DNA of 31,543 bases from an uncultured Anaerolineaceae bacterium (lineage in GTDB: Bacteria > Chloroflexota > Dehalococcoidia > Tepidiformales > Tepidiformaceae), in assembly GCA_964509855.1 (NCBI GenBank), contig CAZDZP010000002.1:1-31543 (forward strand), given 5' to 3'. The number at the start of each line of letters is the position of its first letter. The stretch's first letter is position 1. Shown here one piece after another: positions 8,042 through 18,264 of this stretch. A program made the translations under genes and the position numbers. The notes below the pieces were generated by a model. That model searched no databases. It worked only from the letters and a program-made list of their open reading frames with translations, and had not been told where the DNA came from.

Positions 8042-9562
8042 TCATAGGGGCCGGACGCGTACCGACATGGGGAACTTGAGCGCGCTTTGCAAGCGGTGCA
8101 ATTGCTTCTCGACCGCGTGGAACTCGGCGTCGGCGGGGCCGCCAGCAACCAGCACCATCTCCAGCGACTTCTTCCCGACGGCGAGTTCAACATCGTGCAC
8201 CGGCGACGGCGTTCTGCGCCAGACCGAGCGGGCAACGCCAAGCATCGCGCCGAGGACCGCCACACGGTCATCATCATCCGCTTGGATGGCGGCCTGGTAG
8301 GCGGAAAGGTCGGGCGAGCCGGACATCGACCAGCGGACCATGGAAGCGAGCAGAACGATTTCGCGATGGCTGAAGCCGTGCAAGTCGCCACTGTGCACCA
8401 GGTATTCGGCGTGGCGGTCGCGGTTGTAGTAGTCGATGTGCATGCCGATTTCCGAAAGCCGTGCGGCGCTGCTCAGCAAGTCCCGCTCGAATCCGCCGTA
8501 GCCGTGGATTGCCGATGTGGCATCGAAAAGCCGCAGGCCCACCGAAACTTCGGGTTCGGCATTGACGACGTTCACGCCGTTAGCAGCGGCGAGACCGGCA
8601 ATCGATGCGGCGCGAACGTCGGGGACGATGGGGCGTTCACGCCGAATTTCCTGCCAGAGGGTCCCTTCGCGCATGCCCTGTCCGGAGACCACCAGCTCAG
8701 TTGCGCCGACAACGCTCATCACCTCGTCCACCACGACGGCCGCCGCCGGCAGGGTGCCTACGCGCTCGGCGCCGAGGCCGGCCAGCTTGCGCCGTTCGGA
8801 TGCATCGCGGGCGAGCAGGTCGTCGACGAGCCGCTTGAGCTCGCCACGCTCCACAGCGAACCCATGGAGCCTGCGGAGGGGGTAGTGGCGGCGGGAGCGA
8901 ACCATTCGCGCAATGTTGCGAATGGCTCCGCCTGCGCCGAAAACAGCCCCGGCGCTGATTTTAAGGTCGATGGATTCGCGCACAGCCTTGCGCAAGGCCC
9001 GCACTTCCTTCGCAGTCGGCGGGTCGGAGCGGAGAAAACGTTCGGTCGCGTAGATTGCGCCCAGCGGCACCGAGAGCGATTCCACGAGGCGGCGACTTTC
9101 CACGTGCATCACTTCCAGCGAGCCACCACCGATGTCTACGACACAGCCTGAGTTCAGCTGGCTGCTGTTGATCACGCCGAGGAAACTCGCAAACGCCTCT
9201 TCTGGCGCCTGCAGAATACGGATTCGCACACCAGTTTCATCGAAGACGTCGTCGATAAACTCCAGGGCGTTTGGGGCGCGGCGAAGGGCTTCGGTGCCAA
9301 CAGCAACGAGACCCTGGGGACTGTAGGAGTTGGCCACCTGCGTGACCGCGCGCATTGCCCGCAGCCCGCGTTCCATGGCCTCTGGAGTGAGCTGTCCGTC
9401 GTCCTGGCCTTCGCCAAGGCGGGCGTCGAAGCGTTCTTCGTCCACTACTTCGAAGGCGGTCTCGCTGAGCTCACGGGCCACCAGCAGGCGAACGGACTTG
9501 GAACCAACATCGATGACCGCGTGAATGGGGCGAATGGAAGACTGCATCATGTGCGGCTTCAT
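8042..9562 (-). CDS. ppx: Ppx/GppA-family exopolyphosphatase
   Basis: VIDVGSKSVRL, GTEALRRAPN, EEA, DIGGGSLE, SVPLGAI, GMREG, plus a C-terminal HD-like helical region. The start could alternatively be 9550. Confidence 0.88.
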   Translation of the reverse strand: MKPHMMQSSIRPIHAVIDVGSKSVRLLVARELSETAFEVVDEERFDARLGEGQDDGQLTPEAMERGLRAMRAVTQVANSYSPQGLVAVGTEALRRAPNALEFIDDVFDETGVRIRILQAPEEAFASFLGVINSSQLNSGCVVDIGGGSLEVMHVESRRLVESLSVPLGAIYATERFLRSDPPTAKEVRALRKAVRESIDLKISAGAVFGAGGAIRNIARMVRSRRHYPLRRLHGFAVERGELKRLVDDLLARDASERRKLAGLGAERVGTLPAAAVVVDEVMSVVGATELVVSGQGMREGTLWQEIRRERPIVPDVRAASIAGLAAANGVNVVNAEPEVSVGLRLFDATSAIHGYGGFERDLLSSAARLSEIGMHIDYYNRDRHAEYLVHSGDLHGFSHREIVLLASMVRWSMSGSPDLSAYQAAIQADDDDRVAVLGAMLGVARSVWRRTPSPVHDVELAVGKKSLEMVLVAGGPADAEFHAVEKQLHRLQSALKFPMSVRVRPL

Positions 9563-9835
9563 CGTACTCCGTGCTTCGCCAATACAGCCGCTGGCGCCAC
9601 GGCAGCCGGGATGGGAAACGTTTCAGGTGGATGAAAAGATGGGCACCCGGGGGTGGCCCCTAAGAGTTATGACAATATGATTGTGGCTGGCCTCGCGAAG
9701 CCCGGTGAGCACAGAACCGAGCCAGCAGCACAGCTACTGAGCGGGGTGGAGCGTGTCCGCCGGGGTGTTCCGAAACTGCTTTTGGAGGCGGTTTTCGCAC
9801 TCCAGAAGATTAACGATCCCGTTCGCAAAACCCTG

Positions 9836-9865
9836 TGGACACTGCGAAGCGGGGCTGAATATGAT
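9836..9865 (+). promoter_or_regulatory. putative sigma70 promoter for xerD (TGGACA-N18-TATGAT)
   Basis: 5/6 match to -35 and 5/6 match to -10, ~50 nt upstream of the xerD ATG. Confidence 0.4.
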
Positions 9866-9914
9866 TCCGGACGTCCCGGGCGGTCGCGGGCTATCGGCAA
9901 ACAAGAGGTACCTG

Positions 9915-10817
9915 ATGAACGAAGGCATAAGCCAGTTTTTGAACTTCCTGGCAGTGGAGAAGAACGCGTCCGCCAACACGATCGCCGCTTACCGCAACGA
10001 CCTGGCACAACTTGAAACATTCGCGAAGAAGGAGTTTGGGGGACAGCTGCCGTGGGGCAGCATGTCGAGCGATTACGTCGTCCGCTATGTCGGCGAACTG
10101 CGCGAACGTGGATACAAAGACGCGACGGTCGCCCGTAAAGTTGCGGCCACAAAATCGTTCTTCGGGTTCCTTGCCGCCGAGGGGATGATCGCGAACGACC
10201 CGACCGAAAACCTGAAGTCGCCGCAGGTTGGCAAGAGCCTGCCGCGTGCACTCACCGCACAGGAAGTCGACGAACTGCTGGAGCAGCCCGCCCGCCGCAA
10301 TACGCCCGAAGCCAAGCGGGACAAGGCCATGCTGGAGTTGCTTTACGCCACCGGCCTGCGCGTGACCGAACTCGTGTCGCTCGATATCTCCGACGTGGAG
10401 CTGGAAGCCGACCCCGTTACGATCCGCTGCGTGGGGAAGGGCGACCAGGACCGGGTACGTCCGCTGCCGCCGAGCGCCGTGAACGAACTGCGCCAGTACA
10501 TCTTCCACGTGCGGCCACGCCTGGTGCGCAACCGCCGCGAATCGGCGCTATTCGTGAACCGCCGCGGGGAGCGCCTCACGCGCCAGGGTTTCTGGCTCAT
10601 CCTGAAGAACTACGCCCGCGAAGCGAATCTCGACAAGACGATTACCCCGCATACCCTGCGCCACACCTTCGCAACGCACATGCTTTCGGGCGGCATGCCC
10701 CTGCGAAACGTGCAGGAGGCTCTCGGCCACGCCAGCATTTCCACCACTCAGATTTACACCCACCTGACCGACGACCAGAAGCGAAAGCAGTACGACAACG
10801 CGCACCCTCGCGCGTAG
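9915..10817 (+). CDS. xerD: site-specific tyrosine recombinase XerD
   Basis: SANTIAAYRNDL, RKVAATKSFFGFL, LYATGLRVTEL (R), GKGD (K), LTRQGFWLILK, TPHTLRHTFATH (HxxR), LGHASISTTQIY (H/Y); AAGAGG RBS before ATG 9915. Confidence 0.92.
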   Translation: MNEGISQFLNFLAVEKNASANTIAAYRNDLAQLETFAKKEFGGQLPWGSMSSDYVVRYVGELRERGYKDATVARKVAATKSFFGFLAAEGMIANDPTENLKSPQVGKSLPRALTAQEVDELLEQPARRNTPEAKRDKAMLELLYATGLRVTELVSLDISDVELEADPVTIRCVGKGDQDRVRPLPPSAVNELRQYIFHVRPRLVRNRRESALFVNRRGERLTRQGFWLILKNYAREANLDKTITPHTLRHTFATHMLSGGMPLRNVQEALGHASISTTQIYTHLTDDQKRKQYDNAHPRA

Positions 10818-10860
10818 CGCGTACTGACGCTGGCCTGCCAAACGCGCTAGGCTCGACCGC

Positions 10861-11769
10861 ATGGTCGAGCCTTCTCTTCTGTTCACGGCACTTGAAGACG
10901 AAGCCCCGGCCGAAGCGCTGCGGGCACTCGACCGTGACGGGGTGCTGTGCACGCTCATACCCGAACTGGAAGCGGGCCGCGACTTCGTGCAGCCGGAACT
11001 CCATCACTTCGATGTTCTGAACCACAACCTCGCAGCCGTGGAAGCGTTCGACCGCACGATCGGCGACGGTTGGCACGGCGAGCGCATTCGCCAGCTCACC
11101 CGTTGGTTCGACCTTGATGCATCCCTCGAAGGCGAGGTCGACGGCACGCCGGTCGTGGTGCTCACGCGGCTGGCATGCCTGCTGCATGACGTGGCGAAGC
11201 CCGCGACCGCCACCCGCGACGAGGATGGGCGGCTTCGCTTTCCCCGGCACGGGCCGGAAGGCGCGCTGCTCATGAAGGCGCGGCTGCCGCAGCTCGGCGT
11301 GGGCCCGGTGGCTACCGATCTCATCGCGCGGCTAATCCGGCAGCACCTGCGGCCAGCCGAACTGGTTCGCAACCACCCGGCGACGGACAAGGCCGTGCGC
11401 AAGTTCACCAGCGATGTGGAAGGGCACGTGTTGCCGCTCATGCTGTTGAACCTCTCCGACGGCTGGGCGACGCGCGGCCCCGGGTATGACACCGCGAACT
11501 TCGAACGGCACTGCAACTTCCTGAACTACGTGGTGGCCCGCTCGTGGGCAGCTACGGAAAAGGACGAGGAGCCGCTGGTTACCGGTGAGGATTTGATGCA
11601 GGAACTCCCGCTGCAAAGTGGACGTTTGCTGGGTGCCGTCCTAACATCGATTCGCCGGGCACAGGAACAGCGCGAGGTCTCCACGCGCGCCGAGGCGCTT
11701 GAACTGGCGCGGAGGCTGTTCTCCGAAACAGGTGACGGCCAATTCGTCCCCACACCAGCCAAGGAGTGA
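10861..11769 (+). CDS. HD-domain protein resembling the C-terminal half of CCA-adding enzyme / poly(A) polymerase family proteins
   Basis: LIPELE...Q..LHHFDVLNHNL, LLHDVAKPAT, FPRHGPEGA, IRQHLRP, SDGWATRGP, LVTGEDLM...LGAVL. No nucleotidyltransferase domain is visible. Confidence 0.8.
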   Translation: MVEPSLLFTALEDEAPAEALRALDRDGVLCTLIPELEAGRDFVQPELHHFDVLNHNLAAVEAFDRTIGDGWHGERIRQLTRWFDLDASLEGEVDGTPVVVLTRLACLLHDVAKPATATRDEDGRLRFPRHGPEGALLMKARLPQLGVGPVATDLIARLIRQHLRPAELVRNHPATDKAVRKFTSDVEGHVLPLMLLNLSDGWATRGPGYDTANFERHCNFLNYVVARSWAATEKDEEPLVTGEDLMQELPLQSGRLLGAVLTSIRRAQEQREVSTRAEALELARRLFSETGDGQFVPTPAKE

Positions 11770-11778
11770 ATTCGAACC

Positions 11779-12135
11779 ATGGCCGCAATGTGGAGCGTGA
11801 TTTTCTACACCGTGCTGGCAGTTGCCGCGTTCTATTTCATCCTGCTCCAACCTGTGTTGAAGCAGCAGAAGGAACAGCGCAAAGCCGTGCGCGAACTGCA
11901 GATTGGCGATGAAGTCGTCACCGCTGGTGGACTGATCGCTGAGGTCGTGGACGTCGTCACGCCTGTTGACGGCCCGACAGAAATTATCCTTCAACTGGCG
12001 CCGGAGATACGCGTGCGGGCTACAACCGCCGCCGTGACCAAGCGCTTAAGCACCCTTGTGGTGGAAGATGACGAAGAAGTGTCGACTTCACAAGCCACCA
12101 CGCGCGATAAACCCGCAGAACCAGGAATTTCGTGA
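11779..12135 (+). CDS. yajC: preprotein translocase subunit YajC
   Basis: N-terminal TM helix, then QPVLKQQKEQRKAVRELQIGDEVVTAGGLIAEV; directly upstream of secDF. Confidence 0.9.
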   Translation: MAAMWSVIFYTVLAVAAFYFILLQPVLKQQKEQRKAVRELQIGDEVVTAGGLIAEVVDVVTPVDGPTEIILQLAPEIRVRATTAAVTKRLSTLVVEDDEEVSTSQATTRDKPAEPGIS

Positions 12136-14531
12136 GAAGAGCCTCTACCCTCGTCATCTTCGTCGGCGTCCTTGTGCTTACCGTCTTTGCCGTTGTGGCG
12201 GTGTGGCCGAGCTACCCCCAGCGCTACCTGCCGGGTGACTTCTGGCCTTCGGGCAATGGCATCAAGATTGGTGATTTTGAGCGCGAAACCATGCGGCTCG
12301 GACTCGATCTGCAGGGCGGCACGCGAATGGTGCTCGAGGCCAACCCACCGGCCGACTTCGAGGGCGACCTGAACGAAGCCCTGGAAACTGCTGCCGAGGT
12401 CATTGAGCGGCGCGTCAACGAATTCGGCGTTAGCGAATCCGAGGTTTCCGTGGCGAGCGGCAACCGCATTGTCGTGCAGGTCCCGGGCCTTTCGCTCGAG
12501 GATACTGAGCGGCTAATCGGTGCGACTGCCCAGTTGGAATTCAGAACGCTCGATCAATTCGGAGAGGTGGTGCCGGCCACCGGAGTTGTCGACGGTCAAA
12601 CGATCCAAATGACCGGCCAATTCCTGCGCAGCAACAGCTTCCCAACGCGCGCGGGTACGACGTTCGCGGTGAACTTCGAGACTACGGGCGTCGGCTCCCA
12701 ACTCATGGGGCAAATCACGACTCGCGCCATCTTCGACGAAGAAGGGCGAGAGCGTAGCCAGCTGGATCCCCAGCGCCAGCTGCTCGTGTACCTGGACGAT
12801 GTGCTGATTTCGCAGGCGACCGTCCAGGGGGTCATCACCGATTCCGGGAGCATCACTGGCCAGGAAAGCTTCACGGCGTCTCGTGACCTTTCGCGCCAGC
12901 TCAACGCCGGCGCTTTGCCGGTGCCGCTTCAGACCATCCAGTCGAGTGAGGTCTCGGCGACACTCGGCGAAGACTCGGTGAAGGCAACGGTACGCGCTGG
13001 TGAAGTGGGCCTCATCGCGGTCGCTATCTTCATGATCCTGATGTACCGGCTGCCGGGCGTGCTCGCGACTGCGGCGCTCTTTATCTACACCTTCCTCGTG
13101 CTCGCCGTGTTCAAGCTCTGGCCGGTCACGCTCACGCTTTCCGGCATTGCCGCCTTCATCCTGTCGGTGGGCATGGCCGTGGACGCCAACATCCTGATCT
13201 TCGAACGGATGAAGGAAGAGTTGCGGCGTGGCCGAACGCTGAACACAGCCGTTGACCTCGGGTTCCGCAACGCATGGAGTTCTATTCGCGACTCCAACGT
13301 ATCGACGCTCATCACCTGTCTCATCCTCTACTGGTTCGGCGACCAGTTCGGCGCGGCCCCGGTGAAGGGATTCGCACTCACCCTCGCCATCGGCGTATCC
13401 ATCAGCATGTTTTCGGCCATCACGATCACCCGCACTTTCCTAAAGATGCTGGTGGGCACACGAGTGGCACGAAACAGCTGGCTCTTCAACGCCGAGGAGC
13501 GCAAGGGCGGCACGACGCATGCCGGCGGCGGCCTGATCAATTTTGCCAAAGCGCGCTTCGTCACACTTGGCATTTCCGCCATCGTCGTGATCGGAGCCAT
13601 CGTCATCCTCGCGATTCCGCCAACGCTGAAGGGCGGCATTGAGTTCACTTCTGGTTCTGTCTTCACCATCCGTTTCACCGAACAATCGGTGGAACAACCG
13701 GTGCTGCGGCAATACATGGGCGAAATCGGGTACCCGGAGGCACGCGTCCAGGGTTCTGGCGACAATAGCTACGTCATCCGCACGCGGGAGCTTGATGGCG
13801 CACCGCCGCTCGGAAGCGACCCCGGACCGCAACCCACGGGCGAAATCGACACCATCACGTCCCAATTGCAGGAGCGCTTTGGAAGCCTCGTCCGCGATGA
13901 CTTCCAGACCGTTTCGGGCACTGTTTCTTCGGAAATCGCTCGCTACGCGACCCTGGCGGTGATCGGCGCTGCCATCGCCATCTTTGGCTATATTTGGCTG
14001 CAGTTCCGCAACGTTCCCAACGCGACTCGATACAGCGCTGCTGCGGTGATCGCGCTTTTGCACGACACACTGATCGTGCTGGGCCTGTTCTCACTCCTTG
14101 GGAAGGTTGCCGGGACAGAAGTCGACACGGCCTTCTTGACCGCAGTCCTCACAGTGATTGGCTTCTCCGTTCACGACACGATTGTGGTGTTCGACCGGAT
14201 ACGCGAGAAGCTGCAGAACGACGCCTACCTGCCGCTGGAAGAGGCTGTCAACGCCAGCCTGACGGAAACGCTTAGCCGCTCGTTGACGACGTCCCTCACG
14301 CTCATCCTGACGGTGCTTGCGCTGCTCCTTATTGGCGGCGCCACTATCCAGAACTTCCTCATCGTGCTGCTGGTTGGCGTCATCGCGGGGACCTACTCCA
14401 GCGTTGGCGTAGCGGCGCAGCTGCTGGTGGTGTGGGACCGGGGTGAGATGGGGCGGATTTTCGGCCGGGGAAAGCGCGAGGCCGGCCCCGCCGAGCGCAC
14501 TGCCCCCATGGAACCCGCCACCGAGGTTTAG
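12132..14531 (+). CDS. secDF: fused protein translocase subunit SecDF
   Basis: LGLDLQGG, VIERRVNEFGVSE, LNAGALPVP, SATLG, GMAVDANILIFERMKEE (SecD half); GIEFTSG, GFSVHDTIVVFDRIRE, SLTETLSRS, GTYSS (SecF half) in a single ORF. Confidence 0.95.
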   Translation: MRRASTLVIFVGVLVLTVFAVVAVWPSYPQRYLPGDFWPSGNGIKIGDFERETMRLGLDLQGGTRMVLEANPPADFEGDLNEALETAAEVIERRVNEFGVSESEVSVASGNRIVVQVPGLSLEDTERLIGATAQLEFRTLDQFGEVVPATGVVDGQTIQMTGQFLRSNSFPTRAGTTFAVNFETTGVGSQLMGQITTRAIFDEEGRERSQLDPQRQLLVYLDDVLISQATVQGVITDSGSITGQESFTASRDLSRQLNAGALPVPLQTIQSSEVSATLGEDSVKATVRAGEVGLIAVAIFMILMYRLPGVLATAALFIYTFLVLAVFKLWPVTLTLSGIAAFILSVGMAVDANILIFERMKEELRRGRTLNTAVDLGFRNAWSSIRDSNVSTLITCLILYWFGDQFGAAPVKGFALTLAIGVSISMFSAITITRTFLKMLVGTRVARNSWLFNAEERKGGTTHAGGGLINFAKARFVTLGISAIVVIGAIVILAIPPTLKGGIEFTSGSVFTIRFTEQSVEQPVLRQYMGEIGYPEARVQGSGDNSYVIRTRELDGAPPLGSDPGPQPTGEIDTITSQLQERFGSLVRDDFQTVSGTVSSEIARYATLAVIGAAIAIFGYIWLQFRNVPNATRYSAAAVIALLHDTLIVLGLFSLLGKVAGTEVDTAFLTAVLTVIGFSVHDTIVVFDRIREKLQNDAYLPLEEAVNASLTETLSRSLTTSLTLILTVLALLLIGGATIQNFLIVLLVGVIAGTYSSVGVAAQLLVVWDRGEMGRIFGRGKREAGPAERTAPMEPATEV

Positions 14532-16378
14532 CGTTCAGCGCGCAGCACGCGCGCATCGCCAACCCGCCTGGTGACTCTTTGTGCGTCCAGGTGTTCCAGA
14601 AACGCCTGGACGTACTTGCGACTGGAGCCCAGCAGGTCGCGCGTCTCGGCGAGACTAATGGACCCGTGCTCCTCAATATGCGCCCGTACTTTAGCCGTCA
14701 TCCCGGCGTAGACATCGGCGTCGAACACGACCCCGCCGCCCACATCCACCACCAGTCCACGGTGGGCGAGCAGCGCGACGAGCGCTGGTTCCGGGGATAG
14801 TTCCGCGGGAGGGCTGGTCCCCCCGGCCCTGATTGCCGCGAGGAAGGCGTCCGCTTCCCGCTGCTGGGCTGGCGAGAGCACCACGGTGTAGCCGGCCACA
14901 CCAAGCCCGGCACCGGCGTTCACGAGACTTCTGCTGGCAACGGCATGCTGCACCACCATCTCAAACACAGCCGTTTCCAGCCCCACGGAACTGCGAACGT
15001 GTTCACGCGGTGCAAGTTCGCGGAGCGAATTCTGTTCCAGGTAAAGCGAAATTGCGGTGAGGATGCGGCGCGCCTGGTTTTCAAGCCACTCCTTGCTACT
15101 CAGCATCGTCTCCGTGAGCCACGCTGCCCGGTCGCTCTCGACCAATTCGTTGGCCAATGACTGAAGCTCACGCGTCTCCACGCCGAGCCGCTCCGACAGG
15201 CGTGCAAGCGTCGTGGGGCCGACCGCCAATTCGTCGAGCATGCGCTCCGCCGGCGATCCCTCCAGCCGGAGCGCGAGCGCTTCGAGCGTGGGCACGTGGT
15301 TGCGGCGATGGCGGGGCGGCGAGAGGGCAACGATGGGACCGCCTCCAACGGTGTCGTTGGTCGTACGAATCACGTAGTGGTCACGCGCCAGCACAGCGAC
15401 GGGCGTTTCCAATACGACCTGCGCCCAGGCCACATCCCCGGGCAGCAACTCCGCGCGGTCGAGGAGACGGAGGGTGCCCTGCGCTTCGGCGGTGGCGCTG
15501 AGGAAGGTGATGCCAGCGTTGTCGCTCACGGCGTGGGGGAGCAGTTTCGTGGCTCGAAGCCGCACATCCATGGCCCGGACAGGCTTGATGGCGCCGGGCC
15601 TGGCGAGCACCATGCCACGCTCAATGTCGTCGGCGTGGACACCGCTGAGATTGACGGCCGCGCGGGTGCCTGGCTCCAGCCGTTGAACCTTCTCCTTGTG
15701 GCGTTGCAGGCCACGTATTCGCGCGCGCAAGCGGCCCGGTTGCAGTTCGACGTCCTGGCCAACTTCGAGGGCGCCGTCGACTAGGGTGCCGGTGACCACC
15801 GTACCGAAGCCCTGGATGGTAAAGGCGCGGTCGATGGGCATGCGGGGCCGACCGAGATCGCGCTTCGGCGGCGTGGTGTCGAGGGCGGCATCGATAGCGG
15901 TGAGGAGCGCCGGGATGCCGTCGCCGGTCGAGGCGGAGACGCGCGCTATCGGGGCCCCTTCAAGCCGTGAGCCCTTGAGCACGTCTTCGAGTTCCGCTTC
16001 GACGAGGTCGATGTATTCGGACTCAACGAGGTCGGTCTTTGTTATGACGACGAGACCGGCGGGCACATCCAAGAGATCGAGGATTGCGAGGTGCTCGTGG
16101 GTTTGCGGCATCGGGCCCTCGTCGGCGGCGACGATGAGCAGCGCGAGGTCGACGCCCCCGGCTCCGGCGAGCATGTTCTTGATGAAGCGCTCGTGCCCGG
16201 GCACGTCCACGATGGAGACGTCGCGTCCCGAAGGGAGGGCGAGCCACGCGAAGCCGATGTCGATGGTGAGCCCTCGCTCTTTTTCTTCGCGCAGACGATC
16301 GGGATCGATACCCGTGAGCGCTTTCACGAGGGTCGACTTGCCGTGATCGACGTGGCCAGCGGTTCCGATGACGAACAA
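14528..16378 (-). CDS. selB: selenocysteine-specific elongation factor
   Basis: [64 protein letters not shown] and C-terminal winged-helix [13 protein letters not shown]...RVGDAR; TTG start. Confidence 0.95.
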   Translation of the reverse strand: MFVIGTAGHVDHGKSTLVKALTGIDPDRLREEKERGLTIDIGFAWLALPSGRDVSIVDVPGHERFIKNMLAGAGGVDLALLIVAADEGPMPQTHEHLAILDLLDVPAGLVVITKTDLVESEYIDLVEAELEDVLKGSRLEGAPIARVSASTGDGIPALLTAIDAALDTTPPKRDLGRPRMPIDRAFTIQGFGTVVTGTLVDGALEVGQDVELQPGRLRARIRGLQRHKEKVQRLEPGTRAAVNLSGVHADDIERGMVLARPGAIKPVRAMDVRLRATKLLPHAVSDNAGITFLSATAEAQGTLRLLDRAELLPGDVAWAQVVLETPVAVLARDHYVIRTTNDTVGGGPIVALSPPRHRRNHVPTLEALALRLEGSPAERMLDELAVGPTTLARLSERLGVETRELQSLANELVESDRAAWLTETMLSSKEWLENQARRILTAISLYLEQNSLRELAPREHVRSSVGLETAVFEMVVQHAVASRSLVNAGAGLGVAGYTVVLSPAQQREADAFLAAIRAGGTSPPAELSPEPALVALLAHRGLVVDVGGGVVFDADVYAGMTAKVRAHIEEHGSISLAETRDLLGSSRKYVQAFLEHLDAQRVTRRVGDARVLRAER

Positions 16379-16386
16379 TGGAAGGC

Positions 16387-17568
16387 TCAGTCTACAGGGG
16401 CAGGCGCGGCACCGGGGCGTTGCATCGCGTCCAGGAGGCGGACGCTCAGTTCGCCATGGAGTAGCAGCCCGCGGTGGGTAAGCCTAAGCGTGCCGTCCGC
16501 CAGTTCGAGCACGCCCGCAGCGAAACCAGCGCGCAGCCAATTGGCCGCCACGCGGTCAAGCGGAACGCCGAACTTCGCATCGAAATCGTCCACCCGGAAG
16601 CCTTCCAGCATCCGCAGGCGAAGCGACACCCAGTCGGACGTTCGTGTTGGTTCGTCGAGTTCGTGGCGTTCGGCGACGGTTGCGCCGGGCACGCCACCGA
16701 GGGCCGCATCGATGTAGGCCCGGGGATGCGCGATGTTTTCGTAGCGCGAACCGTCGACGTATCCGTGGGCACCGGCGCCAAGCCCGAGGTAGTCCCGGTC
16801 CGTCCAATAAGCCTGGTTATGGTGCGAACGATGCCCGGGACGCGCCCAGTTCGATATTTCGTAGTGTTCGAAGCCAGCGGCACCCAGGAGCTCGCAGGCG
16901 AGTTCGTACATGTCCGCGGCGAGGTCCGGCCCCGGAACTTCAACTTCGCCCGCTTCCACGCGGCGGTGGAGTGGCGTTCCTTCCTCGACGCCGAGCGCGT
17001 ACAAGGACAGGTGGTCCGTACCGAGCGCTAGGGCTTGTTGCAGGTCCGACCGCCAGTCTTCGAGCGATTCGCCCGGAAGACCGTAGATGAGGTCCAGGTT
17101 CACATTGTCGCACCCCGCTGCGCGTGCCGCCCGGACCGAAGCCCCAATCGCCTGCGCGGAATGAATACGATCGAGGAATGCGAGACGCGTCGGGTCGAAA
17201 GTCTGGGCGCCGAGGGAAAGGCGCGTGATGCCCCCGGCCAGCAGGGCCGCCGCGTTCGCCTCGGTGGAGGTGCCCGGGTTGGCTTCCAGCGTGACCTCGG
17301 CACCTAGGGCGAAGGGAGCGGCGGCTCTCAGGGCGTCGACAACGGCCACGATGTCGGCCGGTGGCACTTCGCCCGGGGTGCCACCCCCAAAGCCGATAGA
17401 GACGATTTCACGGCCTTCCAGCGCGTGGCGAACACTGGCAGCCTCCGCCAGGAGCGCGTCGCGGTAACGGCCTTTGAGTGCGTCCATCCCGGCGTATGCG
17501 TTGAAGTCACAGTAGCCACACTTCACGGTGCAGAATGGGATGTGGACGTAGACCGAAATCGGCTTCAC
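16387..17568 (-). CDS. hemW: radical SAM family heme chaperone HemW (HemN-like)
   Basis: YVHIPFCTVKCGYCDF (CxxxCxxC), GGGTP, EANP, DLIYGLP, HYEISNWA, HNQAYW. GTG at 17568 overlaps the upstream TGA. Confidence 0.92.
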   Translation of the reverse strand: MKPISVYVHIPFCTVKCGYCDFNAYAGMDALKGRYRDALLAEAASVRHALEGREIVSIGFGGGTPGEVPPADIVAVVDALRAAAPFALGAEVTLEANPGTSTEANAAALLAGGITRLSLGAQTFDPTRLAFLDRIHSAQAIGASVRAARAAGCDNVNLDLIYGLPGESLEDWRSDLQQALALGTDHLSLYALGVEEGTPLHRRVEAGEVEVPGPDLAADMYELACELLGAAGFEHYEISNWARPGHRSHHNQAYWTDRDYLGLGAGAHGYVDGSRYENIAHPRAYIDAALGGVPGATVAERHELDEPTRTSDWVSLRLRMLEGFRVDDFDAKFGVPLDRVAANWLRAGFAAGVLELADGTLRLTHRGLLLHGELSVRLLDAMQRPGAAPAPVD

Positions 17569-18260
17569 GAAACGGGCGCAAGCAGAGCGTGCATTTCGTC
17601 GACCAGGTGGGTGGTTATGCCATCGACGCCCCACGACGCGAGCTCCGCAGCCCGTGGAAGGTCGTCGATGGTCCATGCGACTACCCGGATGCCCCGCTCG
17701 TGGAACTCTTCCACCAGTGGCCTTGAGAGGAGCGAGCCGCGGCATGAAATGCCGGCGGGACGGAAGTCGTGGCGCATGACAGAGCGGAAGAGGTCAAGGC
17801 GCGCTGTCACGTCTATCGAGTAAAAGAGCGGAACCTGTGGCGCCACTTCATGCAGCACGCGCAGGACACCCCAGTGAGGGCTGCTGGCCACGACCGGGGC
17901 TTTGCTCGCGACTTCGGCCAACACGGCGGCGGCAGTTTCCGCCGAAGCGCCAGAGTTCGTTTTGAGGTCCAGGAAGATACCGGACTTGTCTTCGACCGTT
18001 TCTGCGAGCAGGTCGAGGCTAAAGGGCGTCGAGGCGATTGCCAGGTACCACTTTTCGAAGAGGACGGGCAGAGCACCGATACGCCGTTCGTGGCGAGCTT
18101 CGAATTTGCCGTTGCGCAGCCAGAGGTCGACTTCGATGAAGTCGGCGCCTTGCTCGATGGCGCCTTCGGTCGTGTCCCGGGCATTGCCGGCGGAATGCGC
18201 GATGACCGCGGGGTATCCGCGGTCATCGAAGGGTTTCCAGGGATCGATGCGCGTTTCCAC
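17565..18260 (-). CDS. glycerophosphodiester phosphodiesterase-family protein (short variant)
   Basis: VIAHSAGN, GADFIEVDL, FLDLK, RVVAWTID, GVDGITT; the HRG motif is altered to HSA. Confidence 0.82.
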   Translation of the reverse strand: METRIDPWKPFDDRGYPAVIAHSAGNARDTTEGAIEQGADFIEVDLWLRNGKFEARHERRIGALPVLFEKWYLAIASTPFSLDLLAETVEDKSGIFLDLKTNSGASAETAAAVLAEVASKAPVVASSPHWGVLRVLHEVAPQVPLFYSIDVTARLDLFRSVMRHDFRPAGISCRGSLLSRPLVEEFHERGIRVVAWTIDDLPRAAELASWGVDGITTHLVDEMHALLAPVS

Positions 18261-18264
18261 GCTA

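Noticed and set aside
8087-9151. Long opposite-strand ORFs such as 8087-9151 (+), 5026-6123 (-) and 24146-25246 (-)
   Set aside because: They are antisense or overlapping shadows of well-supported genes in high-GC DNA and have no family motifs.
9650-9677. dif-like site (TTATGACAATA) upstream of xerD
   Set aside because: Only the TTATG part of the XerD arm matches; there is no XerC arm ending in ATAA at 6-bp spacing.
9915-10817. Tyrosine recombinase as a phage/ICE integrase marking a mobile element
   Set aside because: XerD-type motifs and size, housekeeping neighbours, and no att repeats, tRNA target, or phage/conjugation genes.
14528-17568. tRNA-Sec (selC) or a selenoprotein near selB
   Set aside because: Intergenic gaps are 8 nt or less, there is no cloverleaf, and no in-frame TGA continues a recognisable domain.
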